A DNA stretch of 64,000 nt from an uncultured Nitrososphaerota archaeon (GTDB lineage Archaea > Thermoproteota > EX4484-205 > JAAOZO01), in the NCBI GenBank assembly GCA_964408285.1, contig CAYOYV010000002.1, forward strand, positions 136,194 through 200,193, written 5' to 3'. The notes beneath the pieces were generated by a model. The model did not search any database and was not told the origin of the DNA. It saw only the letters and a list, made by a program, of their open reading frames with translations. The translations under genes and the position numbers were made by a program. This document shows positions 10,551-21,060 of the stretch, piece by piece. How positions within the stretch are numbered: position 1 is the first letter of the stretch; the number at the start of each line of letters is the position of its first letter.

Positions 10551-12170
10551 GTGCCAATGAAAAGCCTCGAAGCGATACTGCAAAAAGCCATAGCCTCAAT
10601 GCAAGGACATCCCCTTCTATTGGGCTTCGTCAGTCTGGCTTGGCTTGCTCTCAGAACCGGAACGAAGCCGACGAGAATATCCTATCCGTGTCAGAGGGCG
10701 GCTTTGGCGAATTCCTGTTTTCTTCTAACTGCCTATATCGTACCATTTCTAATGCTTATTCCCGATGTTCCGGCCAAGTATCTGAAATCCAAGAAGGTTC
10801 TTCTGGCCATCCTTCTGGCAGTGATCATTTCTGGAGGAGCAGCGGTGCTGATTCTGCTGAAGCCGCAAGACAATTCGACAGTGTTGGAAATAAATCCCAG
10901 CAAAGCAAAGGAATCTCCGGCCTCCAAGATATTCATTGTAAACGGGGTGAAGGAGTCCGACTGCTACGAAGCAGTGCGGCAGTTGATCTCTCTGATGGGA
11001 TCCAATGGCTTGTTCTTTTACAGATCAGAATCGGCCGGACTCACTCAAGATCCAAGTGGATTGATTTCAAGCGATGATGTCGTCATAGTAAAAGTCAATG
11101 GCCAGTGGAGCGAGAGGGGCGGGACGAATACAGACCTTGTCAAGGCCTTGATACAATTCATATTGGAACACCCAGATGGTTTCACTGGAGAGATAGTAAT
11201 ATGTGACAACGGGCAGGGCAGGGGGAGCCTATCTTGGTCTCAGAATAACGCCGAAAACAGAGCTCAGTCCTTTGAGACATTGGCAGAATATTTCTCTGGC
11301 AGAAGAGTCTCAACGTATCTGTGGGATAGGATTGCAGATCGCGTGGTCAGGGAATATGATAAGGGCGATCTTGCCGATGGCTATGTCTTGACCGATGTTC
11401 CGCTGGCTGGAGCGACAACTAATATGCAGAACGTTTCCTATCCAAAGTTCAGGACAAAATACGGGACCTACATCAGTTTCAACAGGGGAGTCTGGCAGTC
11501 CGATTTGGGATCCTACAACTCCTCGAGGCTCAAAGTGTTGAACGTTCCAGTGCTGAAATCTCACTCAGGTTACCTATTCACAGGCGCAATCAAGCACTAC
11601 ATGGGAGTGGTGTCGCAGACACTGACGAACGCCCATTCTGCGATCGGCAAAGGTGCCATGGGAACAGAAATGGCGAATACACGATATCCCATCCTGAACA
11701 TCCTAGATGCCATCTGGATCAATCCTCGCCCAGGTTCCGGGCCTGCGACGTCATATGCAGATGCGGTCAAGAGCGGCCTAGTGATGGCAAGCAGAGATCC
11801 CATCGCATTGGACACTTGGGCTGCGATTCACGTGCTCTCAGAAGTGGCAGTCAAAATGGGATTTGCATCCGGTGACGCTATTAGGTTCAATCCAGTCGGT
11901 TCTTATCTGAAGCCCAGCATGGAGGAATTGAGGGGTCATGGATATGACGTTACGATGGATGAGAGTCACATGGACATATGCGTGGCCAATCTCATATCAG
12001 CTACGAACGATGGGAAGGAGCTGATCTTTTCTCTTGGCACATCGCAGAACGGATGGATGCTTCAGACATCCCAAGACTTTGTCAGATCAGAGTATAGCCC
12101 AGTCTCTCCTTCAGGAAATCTGACAATGCCTCGAGAGTCGGCAGTCCGCTCTGAGCGCCGACCTTCCTAA
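10551..12170 (+). CDS. DUF362 domain protein, membrane anchored
   Basis: RTGTKPTRISYPCQ, VIVKVN, NVPVLKSH, TGAIKHYMG, SRDPIALD. Confidence 0.75.
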   Translation: MPMKSLEAILQKAIASMQGHPLLLGFVSLAWLALRTGTKPTRISYPCQRAALANSCFLLTAYIVPFLMLIPDVPAKYLKSKKVLLAILLAVIISGGAAVLILLKPQDNSTVLEINPSKAKESPASKIFIVNGVKESDCYEAVRQLISLMGSNGLFFYRSESAGLTQDPSGLISSDDVVIVKVNGQWSERGGTNTDLVKALIQFILEHPDGFTGEIVICDNGQGRGSLSWSQNNAENRAQSFETLAEYFSGRRVSTYLWDRIADRVVREYDKGDLADGYVLTDVPLAGATTNMQNVSYPKFRTKYGTYISFNRGVWQSDLGSYNSSRLKVLNVPVLKSHSGYLFTGAIKHYMGVVSQTLTNAHSAIGKGAMGTEMANTRYPILNILDAIWINPRPGSGPATSYADAVKSGLVMASRDPIALDTWAAIHVLSEVAVKMGFASGDAIRFNPVGSYLKPSMEELRGHGYDVTMDESHMDICVANLISATNDGKELIFSLGTSQNGWMLQTSQDFVRSEYSPVSPSGNLTMPRESAVRSERRPS

Positions 12171-13017
12171 TCTTCAGAGCAGCCGAAGCATTCGCCACAA
12201 TCGAAGCTTTCGAGAAATCCAAACCCTTCACAAGCACGCCGTACAGGAAGGCAGAATTGAACGCGTCTCCTGCTCCTGTGGTATCTAAGACCTCTGTCTT
12301 GAAGGAATTAAGTGACTCTTCTCCTCCCTCGGTCGCAATTAGGCTGCCCTTCGAACCCATGGTCATTACCACCGCCTTTGGACCTAGCCTCAGCAGAGAC
12401 CTTGCTGCCAAGACGGGGTCCTTGGCATCCGTTATTGACATGGCCCCCAGCTTGTTGGGCATAAGTAGATCGGTTAACTCCAGTATTGGCTTCAGAGTAT
12501 CGAGTCCATACGAAGACACATGCTTCTCGAGGTCAAATGATGTCAGCAGCCCGTGTTCCTTCGCAACCCTCATGGCCTTCAATGCGCTGTTCGGCTTGAT
12601 GGCACTTGTGTGGAATGCCCTAGCTGATGTGATGTAGCCTTCATCAATCTCATCCGGATCTGGTAGGTTATCCCTGAGCAGTGGATCCTGTATTATCATC
12701 TTTTCTCCTGCCCTGTTGACGAGGATGATGTTCAGGGCAGTTCTGCCGCCTTTGTGAATCATCAATTTGTCCAGGTTTACGCCCTCAAGCGACATCGAGG
12801 ACACGATCTGTGTGCCTTCTCCATCATCTCCAATTCCTCCTATGAATCCCGCTTTCCCTCCCAATCTCGCGAAGCCTACGCAGAAGTTGCAGGTTACGCC
12901 TCCAACATTCCTTTGTGATGAGAGACTGAATATCTTCTCATCCGGCTCGGGGAACTCGTCCACAATCTGGGTCAGATCAATACAGGTTTCGCCCAATCCC
13001 ACAAGGTCCAGCGTCAT
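12082..13017 (-). CDS. PfkB family sugar kinase (ribokinase-like)
   Basis: GGVTCN and DTTGAGDAF. Confidence 0.9.
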   Translation of the reverse strand: MTLDLVGLGETCIDLTQIVDEFPEPDEKIFSLSSQRNVGGVTCNFCVGFARLGGKAGFIGGIGDDGEGTQIVSSMSLEGVNLDKLMIHKGGRTALNIILVNRAGEKMIIQDPLLRDNLPDPDEIDEGYITSARAFHTSAIKPNSALKAMRVAKEHGLLTSFDLEKHVSSYGLDTLKPILELTDLLMPNKLGAMSITDAKDPVLAARSLLRLGPKAVVMTMGSKGSLIATEGGEESLNSFKTEVLDTTGAGDAFNSAFLYGVLVKGLDFSKASIVANASAALKIRKVGAQSGLPTLEALSDFLKERLGYTLI

Positions 13018-13022
13018 CTAGA

Positions 13023-13583
13023 TCACTCCAATGTGGCATGAAGTCTCAATATTACCTCTTCAGTGACCCCCTTCCTTTTCATGACTTCCGCCACGACGCT
13101 GTCCAATGTCGATAGCGCGGCAATGTCGAATAGAGAAGTGAACGGAGCCGAGCTGCTCTTCTCAACCAGCCTTGTCTTTCCAGGTATCGAAACTACGTGG
13201 TCCGCCATCTCTCCTATTCGGCTCTGCTTGTGGGCCGTCAGTACCACGACCACTCCACCCATCTCTTTCGCCTTTTTCACCAGGCAAGCCGTGGATTCCG
13301 TTTTCCCGCTGCCAGATATCGCGACGAGTATATCTCCCCTGCCAAAGCTAGGGGTGAAGGTATCCCCAACAAAGAAAGCCGGGATTGCTATGTGATTGAG
13401 CCTCTGAACGAAGGCCTTTATCATGAGCCCCGATCTTCCTGCTCCATAGGCGAACACCCTTTTGCTTCCCACAATCAATTCCACCAATTTCTCAAGCTGC
13501 GTTTCAGAGAGACTAGAGGCTAGGCCTGACATGTGCTTTGCTATCTCATCCAAGGAAATGCCTAACGTGATCAGTCTGTCCAT
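13023..13583 (-). CDS. hxlB: 6-phospho-3-hexuloisomerase-like SIS domain protein
   Basis: GAGRSG, AISGSGKT, HATLE C-terminus. Confidence 0.8.
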   Translation of the reverse strand: MDRLITLGISLDEIAKHMSGLASSLSETQLEKLVELIVGSKRVFAYGAGRSGLMIKAFVQRLNHIAIPAFFVGDTFTPSFGRGDILVAISGSGKTESTACLVKKAKEMGGVVVVLTAHKQSRIGEMADHVVSIPGKTRLVEKSSSAPFTSLFDIAALSTLDSVVAEVMKRKGVTEEVILRLHATLE

Positions 13584-13696
13584 TGTCTCATCTTTATCGA
13601 CGCAAGGGGAAATAACTCTTTAGGCACTAAATGCCGGCCATTCCCCTTGACCTCTGGTTCTGTGGGTCAAAAACCAACATAGGTGTTGTTGAGGGC

Positions 13697-14896
13697 TCAC
13701 AATGCGGAGCCTTCACGAATGTCATGGACTGCCTTATTGATAATCCGTACGCCCTCCCTTATGTTCTCCACTGAATTTGCATAACTTATCCTTATGTAAC
13801 CCTCACCATTTGAGCCCATAGCAGTTCCATGAAGGACCGCTACACCATATTTCTCCAAGATGAACCTCATGAGTCCCTCGCTGTTCATAATTCCATTCTT
13901 TAGCACCTGCTTGACATTTACGAATCCATAGAATGCACCACGCGGTTTCACCATGGAAAGCTGCTTGGTTCTTTCTATTTCCTCCATCAGGACATTCCTC
14001 CTTTGCTGATAGGTTCTTACCATCTCGTAAACAGGTTCCATAGGCCCCTCTAGCGCCGCTATGCCTCCCCTCTGAACAAACATGCTCACACAAGATGTCA
14101 TGAGATTGAGAATCTTGGTCGTGAAGGGCAGAAGATACTTCGGCACTATCATGTAGCCCAATCTCCACCCAGTCATGGCATATCCTTTCGAGAAGCCGTC
14201 CAGTATGATTGTCCTTTCAAGGTTAGGATCGAATTCCGCAGGGGAGCAATTCCTCGTTCCGTCATAGATCAGGTACTTATAGATTTCATCCGAGATGACG
14301 TAGATGCCTTTCTCCCTGGCCAATTCCGTTATCCCTTTCACATCCTCCTTTGTTAGCACGGAACCAGTCGGGTTCTCCGGTGAATTCAGCACGATTGCCT
14401 TTGTTTTTCCAGTGATCAATTTGCTGACCTCCTGAGCCGTCATTCTGAATTCGTTCCCTTCCCTGAGTTTGACCGATACAGGCCTACCGTGGAAGAATTT
14501 TGTCGCGCCTTGATAAGCAGGATAACCAGGGTTAGGCAATATCACCTCGTCCCCTTGCTCTAGGACGGAAGCCAGGGCAGCAAATACTCCCTCCTTTGCA
14601 CCAACCGTTACCAATACATTTTCCCTCCAGTTGAGATCTATGCCAAGATCTTGTTTTGTCTTCTTGGCAATGGATTCCCTGAGCTCAGGCAAGCCTGGCG
14701 TTGGAGTGTAGTGCGTCTCCCCTTTCCTCAAGGCCTCAATCGCGGCCTCTCTAATGTGAAGGGGTGTCACAAAATCAGGTTCTCCTATCTCCAAGTGAAT
14801 GATCTTCTTTCCCTGGGCCTCCAATTCCTTTGCTTTACCCAATACGACGAAAGCGGATTCAGCACCTGCGTCGATGGCTCTCTTTGCAATGTCCAA
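13697..14896 (-). CDS. Class I/II PLP aminotransferase (aspartate aminotransferase-like)
   Basis: IGEPDF, NSPENPTG, SDEIY, FSKGYAMTGWRLG. Confidence 0.92.
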   Translation of the reverse strand: MDIAKRAIDAGAESAFVVLGKAKELEAQGKKIIHLEIGEPDFVTPLHIREAAIEALRKGETHYTPTPGLPELRESIAKKTKQDLGIDLNWRENVLVTVGAKEGVFAALASVLEQGDEVILPNPGYPAYQGATKFFHGRPVSVKLREGNEFRMTAQEVSKLITGKTKAIVLNSPENPTGSVLTKEDVKGITELAREKGIYVISDEIYKYLIYDGTRNCSPAEFDPNLERTIILDGFSKGYAMTGWRLGYMIVPKYLLPFTTKILNLMTSCVSMFVQRGGIAALEGPMEPVYEMVRTYQQRRNVLMEEIERTKQLSMVKPRGAFYGFVNVKQVLKNGIMNSEGLMRFILEKYGVAVLHGTAMGSNGEGYIRISYANSVENIREGVRIINKAVHDIREGSAL

Positions 14897-15100
14897 GGTC
14901 TTCCTCTAGTGCAGTTATGGGCTATCTGGCTATTTGAATTCTATTAGGGATTCCCCTTTGGCACTCAGGACGGCCCTCTTTGGCATCGAGAACCTGATTA
15001 GGGAGCAAATCGGTGAAATGACCCAGTAGAGCTGATTCAGCAGAGTCGCCCGGAAAAAAGGATGGTTCTATGTATTCGATCTCCCCAGACCTTTCATATT

Positions 15101-15394
15101 TCACACTTGTGGTGTGCTGGTTTGTGTGCTTTCGCCACTGGATTCGATCTGAACCGCATAACTACCGTCAGGCTTCTTCCAGAACAATATCTCGTCTCCT
15201 GACTTTGCAATCTCGCTGAGTCCGAAGTAGATCCTGTTATACCTGTCAACTCTCTTGCTGAATTCGGCTGTGCCTACGACCAGCTTGAACGCACCACGCG
15301 GAAATACCTTTACAGAATCGTTTGGCACACGAACAAAACCCTTTTGGACCTCTGAGGCAGTCAATTTCTTCCTGAGCACTATCTGGGCGCTCAT
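15101..15394 (-). CDS. Small protein with B3/EcoRII-N-like DNA-binding pattern
   Basis: KKLTASEV..GFVRVP and GDEILFWKK..GSYAVQI; TTTTTAAA box upstream. Confidence 0.55.
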   Translation of the reverse strand: MSAQIVLRKKLTASEVQKGFVRVPNDSVKVFPRGAFKLVVGTAEFSKRVDRYNRIYFGLSEIAKSGDEILFWKKPDGSYAVQIESSGESTQTSTPQV

Positions 15395-15605
15395 TCTAAC
15401 GTCTGAGTGAGAATCGGGCTTTTAAAAACATTACATTCTCCCGCGATCACGGAGTCGTCGTTCAAAATATGAAGATACCAGACTACCACATGCGATTCAT
15501 TTTCCAAAGGCGCAAAATCGAATCTTGTAATAACTCCAGTCAACTGTCTGCTAAGGTTGTTAAACGGATTCGCCAGTTTGGTTCACTTGCGACCGATCCG
15601 CGAAT

Positions 15606-16928
15606 ATGCGCCAGATTGCTGAACTGCTAACGAGGACACGCTTCGATGATTACTGGTCATTCTCCGATGCAACAAGGAAGGAAATATCGCGTCTCACTCA
15701 TAGCTATCATCGATACCCATCGAAGTTCATCCCGCAACTTTCGAACCGATTGATTAGCCAATATAGCGAACAGAACCAGACTGTATTGGACCCTTTCGTC
15801 GGTGGAGGCACTGCCTTAGTAGAAGGTATGCTCTTAGGACGCAGAGCAGTTGGGATAGATATCAATCCCATAGCATGCTTGATTTCGAGAGTGAAGACAA
15901 CTCCAATTTCGCCAAGCGTCCTTGAGGGCGAGTTCAATAAGATAATGACCAAGGTGCACGATCGCAGCAAAAACACCACCTTGGTGACACGTGCGTCCAG
16001 AACGGTGACATCTGACTTGGACATCAGCAGGATCCGTTACTGGTTTACTGATAGCTCGATAAGACATCTTTCGCTCATTCTGTCCGTGATAGACGAAGTG
16101 GAAGACCATAGGATTCGCGAATTCTCACTCTGCGCGTTTTCGCACATATTGAAGAATTGCTCCCTATGGAGCATGAGAAGCATAAAGCCAACACGTGACA
16201 TGCACAAGAATATTCCGAACCCAATCAATACATTCCAGAAACACATGCTACATATGATTATGAAGAATCTGCAATTCGATGCCCTTCTCCCTCTCTCGGC
16301 AAAGGAGAATCTGGATGAGCATGTTAGAGTGGTGCAAGATGATTGTCGAAATGCTGCTGAGCACTGTCGGAATGCTTCGCTAATAGTGACGAGTCCTCCG
16401 TACGTTACCTCATATGAATATTTCTCCGTTCATCAATTGAGCGTGATGTGGCTTCATCCATCGATAAACTTCACGGAATACAAGAAGAAGTTCATCGGAA
16501 TAAAGCACAAGCCTCTGCTAACTGAGCAATTGGCAAGCGAGACGGGCAGGAAACTCGTCCAACAGCTTTATTCGACGCCACATGCCGCTGTCAATGCTTA
16601 TGCGAGGGCCGTTCAAACTTACTTTGCTGAGATGCAACAGGCGCTTTTGAAATTCAGAGAAGTCCTAAGACCAGGAGGTAAGATCTGCATTGTCATAGGA
16701 AATACCTCCTACTACGGTGTCACTGTCAGAAATGCCGAAGTCATGGCAGAAACCTGCGATGCCTTGGGCTATGAGCTGCAATTCATCATAAAGAGAAGGG
16801 TTCCTCTAAGCGCCAAATTCCTACCTTCGGCTCGCGACCCACGAACGGGAAACTTCGTCTCATCCAAGGGAAACTCCAAAATCGCATATCCATACGAGTA
16901 TATCCTGACTTTCTCAAAGAGAAACTAG
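15606..16928 (+). CDS. DNA methyltransferase, probably N4-cytosine, alpha motif order
   Basis: HRYPSKF, DPFVGGGT (motif I) before TSPPY (motif IV). Confidence 0.88.
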   Translation: MRQIAELLTRTRFDDYWSFSDATRKEISRLTHSYHRYPSKFIPQLSNRLISQYSEQNQTVLDPFVGGGTALVEGMLLGRRAVGIDINPIACLISRVKTTPISPSVLEGEFNKIMTKVHDRSKNTTLVTRASRTVTSDLDISRIRYWFTDSSIRHLSLILSVIDEVEDHRIREFSLCAFSHILKNCSLWSMRSIKPTRDMHKNIPNPINTFQKHMLHMIMKNLQFDALLPLSAKENLDEHVRVVQDDCRNAAEHCRNASLIVTSPPYVTSYEYFSVHQLSVMWLHPSINFTEYKKKFIGIKHKPLLTEQLASETGRKLVQQLYSTPHAAVNAYARAVQTYFAEMQQALLKFREVLRPGGKICIVIGNTSYYGVTVRNAEVMAETCDALGYELQFIIKRRVPLSAKFLPSARDPRTGNFVSSKGNSKIAYPYEYILTFSKRN

Positions 16929-16986
16929 AATCAGGACGGATTATCATCAGGAGAGAAAGAAGCAACGATGAGCTAGAACAGTAGGT

Positions 16987-17784
16987 CTAGGGTGTTCCCT
17001 TTGACTCGGCGACCTTTTCCTCCATTGCAACCTTCTCAGTAGGCTCTGGCTCCTCTCCCGGCTTCTTTTCCTCAGAGGCTTTTTCCTCAGATGGCTTTTC
17101 CTCTTTTTCCCTTTGGTATTCCTCTACGAATATTACTTTGTCTACTGATTTGAGGTATCTGCTGATGTCAGAGAACACAGCTCTCTTCAATACAGGAAGG
17201 CCCTCAACATAGAACATCTCTTGAGGCAGTTTTACGGTCACGATGGACTCGGAGATCTCAGCGGTTATGGCCCCCTCCTTCGGTTTTGGGAATCTCCTGT
17301 TAAGGATTGCATTCGCTTTTCCAAGATCGTCCTCGATCTTGCTGACCACTTTGAACGAATAAGTCAGAGTTTTACCTGCAAGGGGGGGATTGAAATCCAC
17401 GCTAACTCTACCAGAGCTTATTGTCTTTATTGTCCCTATCTTCCCATCTATATCGACCCTTGCCCCGACATCCAAATTCTTCACGCCTGCGAATTTCCTT
17501 ATCGGATAGACCCTGACCTTCGTTGGATCCCTTTGCCCGTATCCCTCCTCTGGTGCCACATTGATTTCGTATTGTTCGTTCACAGTGGCCTCCTTCAGCC
17601 TGTTCTCCAGGCCCTTTGGTATTCCCCCAGCACCCAATATGAACAGCCTGGGTTCATACGCCTGACGTTCATCAAAGCCCTTCATCTCCTTTGCAGTGTC
17701 CGCGTTCGTCGTATCAACCAGTTCGCCCGTTTCTTGCACTTTTGCCGTGAAATCAACCAGGAGAAATGAGCCCTCTTCGTTCAT
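16987..17784 (-). CDS. slyD: Long FKBP-type peptidyl-prolyl isomerase
   Basis: VDTT, PEEGYGQRD, VDFNPPLAGKTL, acidic tail. Confidence 0.9.
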   Translation of the reverse strand: MNEEGSFLLVDFTAKVQETGELVDTTNADTAKEMKGFDERQAYEPRLFILGAGGIPKGLENRLKEATVNEQYEINVAPEEGYGQRDPTKVRVYPIRKFAGVKNLDVGARVDIDGKIGTIKTISSGRVSVDFNPPLAGKTLTYSFKVVSKIEDDLGKANAILNRRFPKPKEGAITAEISESIVTVKLPQEMFYVEGLPVLKRAVFSDISRYLKSVDKVIFVEEYQREKEEKPSEEKASEEKKPGEEPEPTEKVAMEEKVAESKGTP

Positions 17785-17886
17785 GATACATTTTCCCCAA
17801 AAATCGGTCTAATATATAAACCATCCCCGCCCCAAGTCCAAGGCTCGGATGAGAAATGCGTGCGTCTCACCCGTCGCGCGCGGGTC

Positions 17887-18402
17887 CTATTCGTTCACGT
17901 TTATCTCCTTTATCCGGGCATCTCCATCTATTTTCTTTATGAATGCATATACTGAGGGCGGAACTAGGTTAGACCAATCTTCTCCTGCCAATATTCTCCT
18001 TCTGATCTCTGTTCCGGAATACAATTCACGCTCGTAGAAGGGAATCTGCCTCACTTCATACCCCTCCTCCTTGAGGAGCCTGCTCGTCAGTGGATCGTTC
18101 GTGTAGACGCGCCGAAATGAGGGAACGCCCTTCCTGACATATGTAACCCATGATGGATGGAAGTCAGTATCTGGTATCCCTGTCAACAGGTATCTCCTTG
18201 CATCTATTCTGTCTTCATCAAGAGCGTCTAGCAGCATCTCGATCCTTTCTCCAAGAGTGAATGGATTCTTTGGTTCGTGGCTTGAGAGGGAACTCCCTAT
18301 GGCTATTGTCAAGCGGTCTTCCTGCCTCAGAATTTCCCTTATGGCGTGCAAGTGCCCCTTATGGACCGGCTGAAATCTGCCCACATATAGGACCCACGGC
18401 AT
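17887..18402 (-). CDS. nadM: Nicotinamide-nucleotide adenylyltransferase
   Basis: GRFQPVHKGH, NPFT, SGTEIR. Confidence 0.92.
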   Translation of the reverse strand: MPWVLYVGRFQPVHKGHLHAIREILRQEDRLTIAIGSSLSSHEPKNPFTLGERIEMLLDALDEDRIDARRYLLTGIPDTDFHPSWVTYVRKGVPSFRRVYTNDPLTSRLLKEEGYEVRQIPFYERELYSGTEIRRRILAGEDWSNLVPPSVYAFIKKIDGDARIKEINVNE

Positions 18403-18564
18403 TGCTCCTGCTCAACATAGACTGGAGCTGGAGGATTATTTATCGTTTAAAGCTGGATGGACGCGCGCTCGCTCTTGGTGGCAGCTGATAGGCGACATCG
18501 GGCATGTCACTTGCTTTGCCGAAGTCGGAGTGCAATTGGAACAGTCTTCTGAATCCTCCAGATG

Positions 18565-19881
18565 TCAAGGATTCCCAGGTTTTGGAGTTCCCCCTGGCCG
18601 GATTCTTGCAGTGTCCTTGACGCCGAATGCAAGTAACGTTCCTAGGACATAAAGCAAAGCTGCTGATATATAGAGTGCTGTATAGCCCAAGTTCGATGAC
18701 TGGGCATTGAAGTAGTCAAGCATGAACCCACCCATCCCAGCCAATACGCCTGAACCAGCAGTTGCGATGTTCGAAATTCCAAGATAACGCCCACCTGATT
18801 CAGAAGGAATCAGGTCAGCGCCCCAAGCCCAATTCACGCTCAAGAAGATTCCAGCACTAATTCCGATAAGACTCCCAAAAATCAGGACTTGATCCAATGT
18901 GGTGGCGGTGATCAGCAGTAATGCCCCTATCGCACCAAGTACGCCCGAGAGGATGATGAACCATTTCCTGCCCCACCTGTCGCTCAACGCACCTGAAGGA
19001 TAGACAACCACCGCGATCGTAATGGCTATGACAGCAAGCAGACTGCCAACGGCACTGGCCGGATTCGGCAAACCAAGCACATCCCTGAGGAAATAAAGTG
19101 CATAGTTGCGCACGAGATTGCTCGCCGTTATGATAACAAGGCGCGAAATCATCCATAGGAAAAAGTGCTTGCTATGGAAGAGACTCGCCAGAGAATCGCG
19201 AAGCGTACTCGAGCTGGGCCCCTGCATTGTTGATTTGGGCTGGATCTTGGGAGCTCCATCGAAAGGTTGCTCGGTTACAAATATCGCAGTAACCGCCATT
19301 GAGAAGAGGAGAAAGAAAATGATCGTCAGAAATGCGATCAGTATCTGTCCCTGTCCGATTAGATAGCCCATAATGAGAGACGTAACGATCATGCCTGCTA
19401 TCTCCAAGAACTGCTTGACACCAGTTACAGCTCCTCGCTTCCTCTCTGGGACCAGCTCGGGGATGTAGCCCTGATACGGCCCATGAGCTATATTGGAAGA
19501 GGTTTGTAGAAGCAAGTAGGCAGCAAGCAGCACCAAATAATCTCCGGAATAGGCCATGGCCAGCAGGAAGATAACATCGAAGAGGGTGCCGCCGACGATG
19601 TAAGGGCGTCTGCGTCCCCAACGTGTTGTGCGTGTGTCGCTCCACGCGCCGGCAACAGGTTGCACTACTATTGCGACGATCAGACCCAGCGCAGAAATCA
19701 TGCCTAGGGCACCTCCCTTTTGCGACTCGGGAACCAGTAGCGGGACAAGAGTTGGTAGAATGATTGGCCCCATCGAATTCCAAAGGAATGAAAGAGAGAA
19801 CCAATAGACATTGAGGATCAGATAGTCCAGCAAGCGCAATGGATGAGAGGCAATGCTGCCTTTCTGGTCACCGGTGCTCAT
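18565..19881 (-). CDS. MFS transporter (SLC45/sugar symporter-like)
   Basis: GAWSD..WGRRRPY, GALSDRWGRK; start placed at MSTGD. Confidence 0.88.
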   Translation of the reverse strand: MSTGDQKGSIASHPLRLLDYLILNVYWFSLSFLWNSMGPIILPTLVPLLVPESQKGGALGMISALGLIVAIVVQPVAGAWSDTRTTRWGRRRPYIVGGTLFDVIFLLAMAYSGDYLVLLAAYLLLQTSSNIAHGPYQGYIPELVPERKRGAVTGVKQFLEIAGMIVTSLIMGYLIGQGQILIAFLTIIFFLLFSMAVTAIFVTEQPFDGAPKIQPKSTMQGPSSSTLRDSLASLFHSKHFFLWMISRLVIITASNLVRNYALYFLRDVLGLPNPASAVGSLLAVIAITIAVVVYPSGALSDRWGRKWFIILSGVLGAIGALLLITATTLDQVLIFGSLIGISAGIFLSVNWAWGADLIPSESGGRYLGISNIATAGSGVLAGMGGFMLDYFNAQSSNLGYTALYISAALLYVLGTLLAFGVKDTARIRPGGTPKPGNP

Positions 19882-19989
19882 TCTCCCCCGAAGCCCAGTA
19901 TGGGAGTTTAAAAAGCGAGGGTCAATTCGAAGAAGTTCACCTCGAAATGGCCCAAATCTTATCAGGCGGATACGGAGATCTGAATTGAC

Positions 19990-21018
19990 TTGATAGAGAT
20001 CGACGGATCTTACGGTGAGGGAGGGGGACAGCTTGTGAGGATGGCCCTGGCCTTTTCCTCCATTTTCGCAGAACCGATAAGAATTTTCAACATAAGGGCC
20101 AGAAGAAGCAATCCAGGTATAAGACCACAGCATCTTGCCGCGATAAGGTCAGTGATCATGATCTCGGGAGGAAAAGTCGACGGAGCGCATGTGGGCTCAT
20201 CGATCCTAGGATACTTCCCAGAAAGGCCGGTGGGCGGGAAATTCAGCTTAGATATTGGAACAGCAGGAAGCGTCGCAATGGTCCTGCAGGCCTTGCTTCC
20301 AATCTCCCTAATGGCCGAAAAAGAGGTGACTGGGATAATCAGAGGAGGCACAGAAGTCCCATGGAGCCCCACAGTGGACTATTTCGATGAGGTGTTCCTG
20401 AAAGCAGTAAGGAGAATGGGAGCGCAAATACGTCTGAAGCTTCTCAGAAGTGGATACTACCCGAAGGGGGGCGGCTTGGTTGAGTTCAAAGTGGAACCAT
20501 CCAAGGAATTAGGCGGCCTCGATCTCATCGATTTCCCCAAGCGGACATGGGTGAAAGGCATAAGCAGATCCCACAATCTTCCTCAGTCAGTTTCGGAGAG
20601 GCAGTCAAACGCTGCGCGGAAGTATCTTGAATCACGAGGAATCGAGGTCGAGGCAATCCAAACATTATCTGGAAAAGAAGCGCTCGGACCCGGCAGCAGC
20701 ATAACGCTATGGGCAAGCGGGACTTCAGAGCTATACGTTGGAGGTGATGCATTGGGCGAAAGAGGAAAACCCTCCGAAAAGGTTGGCGAAGAGTCCGCTG
20801 GAATGATTTGGCGTTATCTGGAATCGAAGGCGCCGGTTGACGAGCATGTTGCTGACATGCTGCTCCCCTATCTTGTCCTGGCAAAGGGACAGTCAAGGAT
20901 GAGGATCTCAAATCCTACTCAGCATCTCCTCACTGAGATTCATGTTGCTAATCTATTTGGAAAGACCAATGTTTCGCTGACTGAGGACGAAACTCCGACG
21001 CTAATAGTGAGTGCTTAA
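19990..21018 (+). CDS. rtcA: RNA 3'-terminal phosphate cyclase
   Basis: DGSYGEGGGQ, PGIRPQH, GYYPKGGG, DEHVAD. Confidence 0.95.
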   Translation: MIEIDGSYGEGGGQLVRMALAFSSIFAEPIRIFNIRARRSNPGIRPQHLAAIRSVIMISGGKVDGAHVGSSILGYFPERPVGGKFSLDIGTAGSVAMVLQALLPISLMAEKEVTGIIRGGTEVPWSPTVDYFDEVFLKAVRRMGAQIRLKLLRSGYYPKGGGLVEFKVEPSKELGGLDLIDFPKRTWVKGISRSHNLPQSVSERQSNAARKYLESRGIEVEAIQTLSGKEALGPGSSITLWASGTSELYVGGDALGERGKPSEKVGEESAGMIWRYLESKAPVDEHVADMLLPYLVLAKGQSRMRISNPTQHLLTEIHVANLFGKTNVSLTEDETPTLIVSA

Positions 21019-21060
21019 TAACAGAATCCTTTAAATCCATGATGAGATGTCCTTCTTGTC

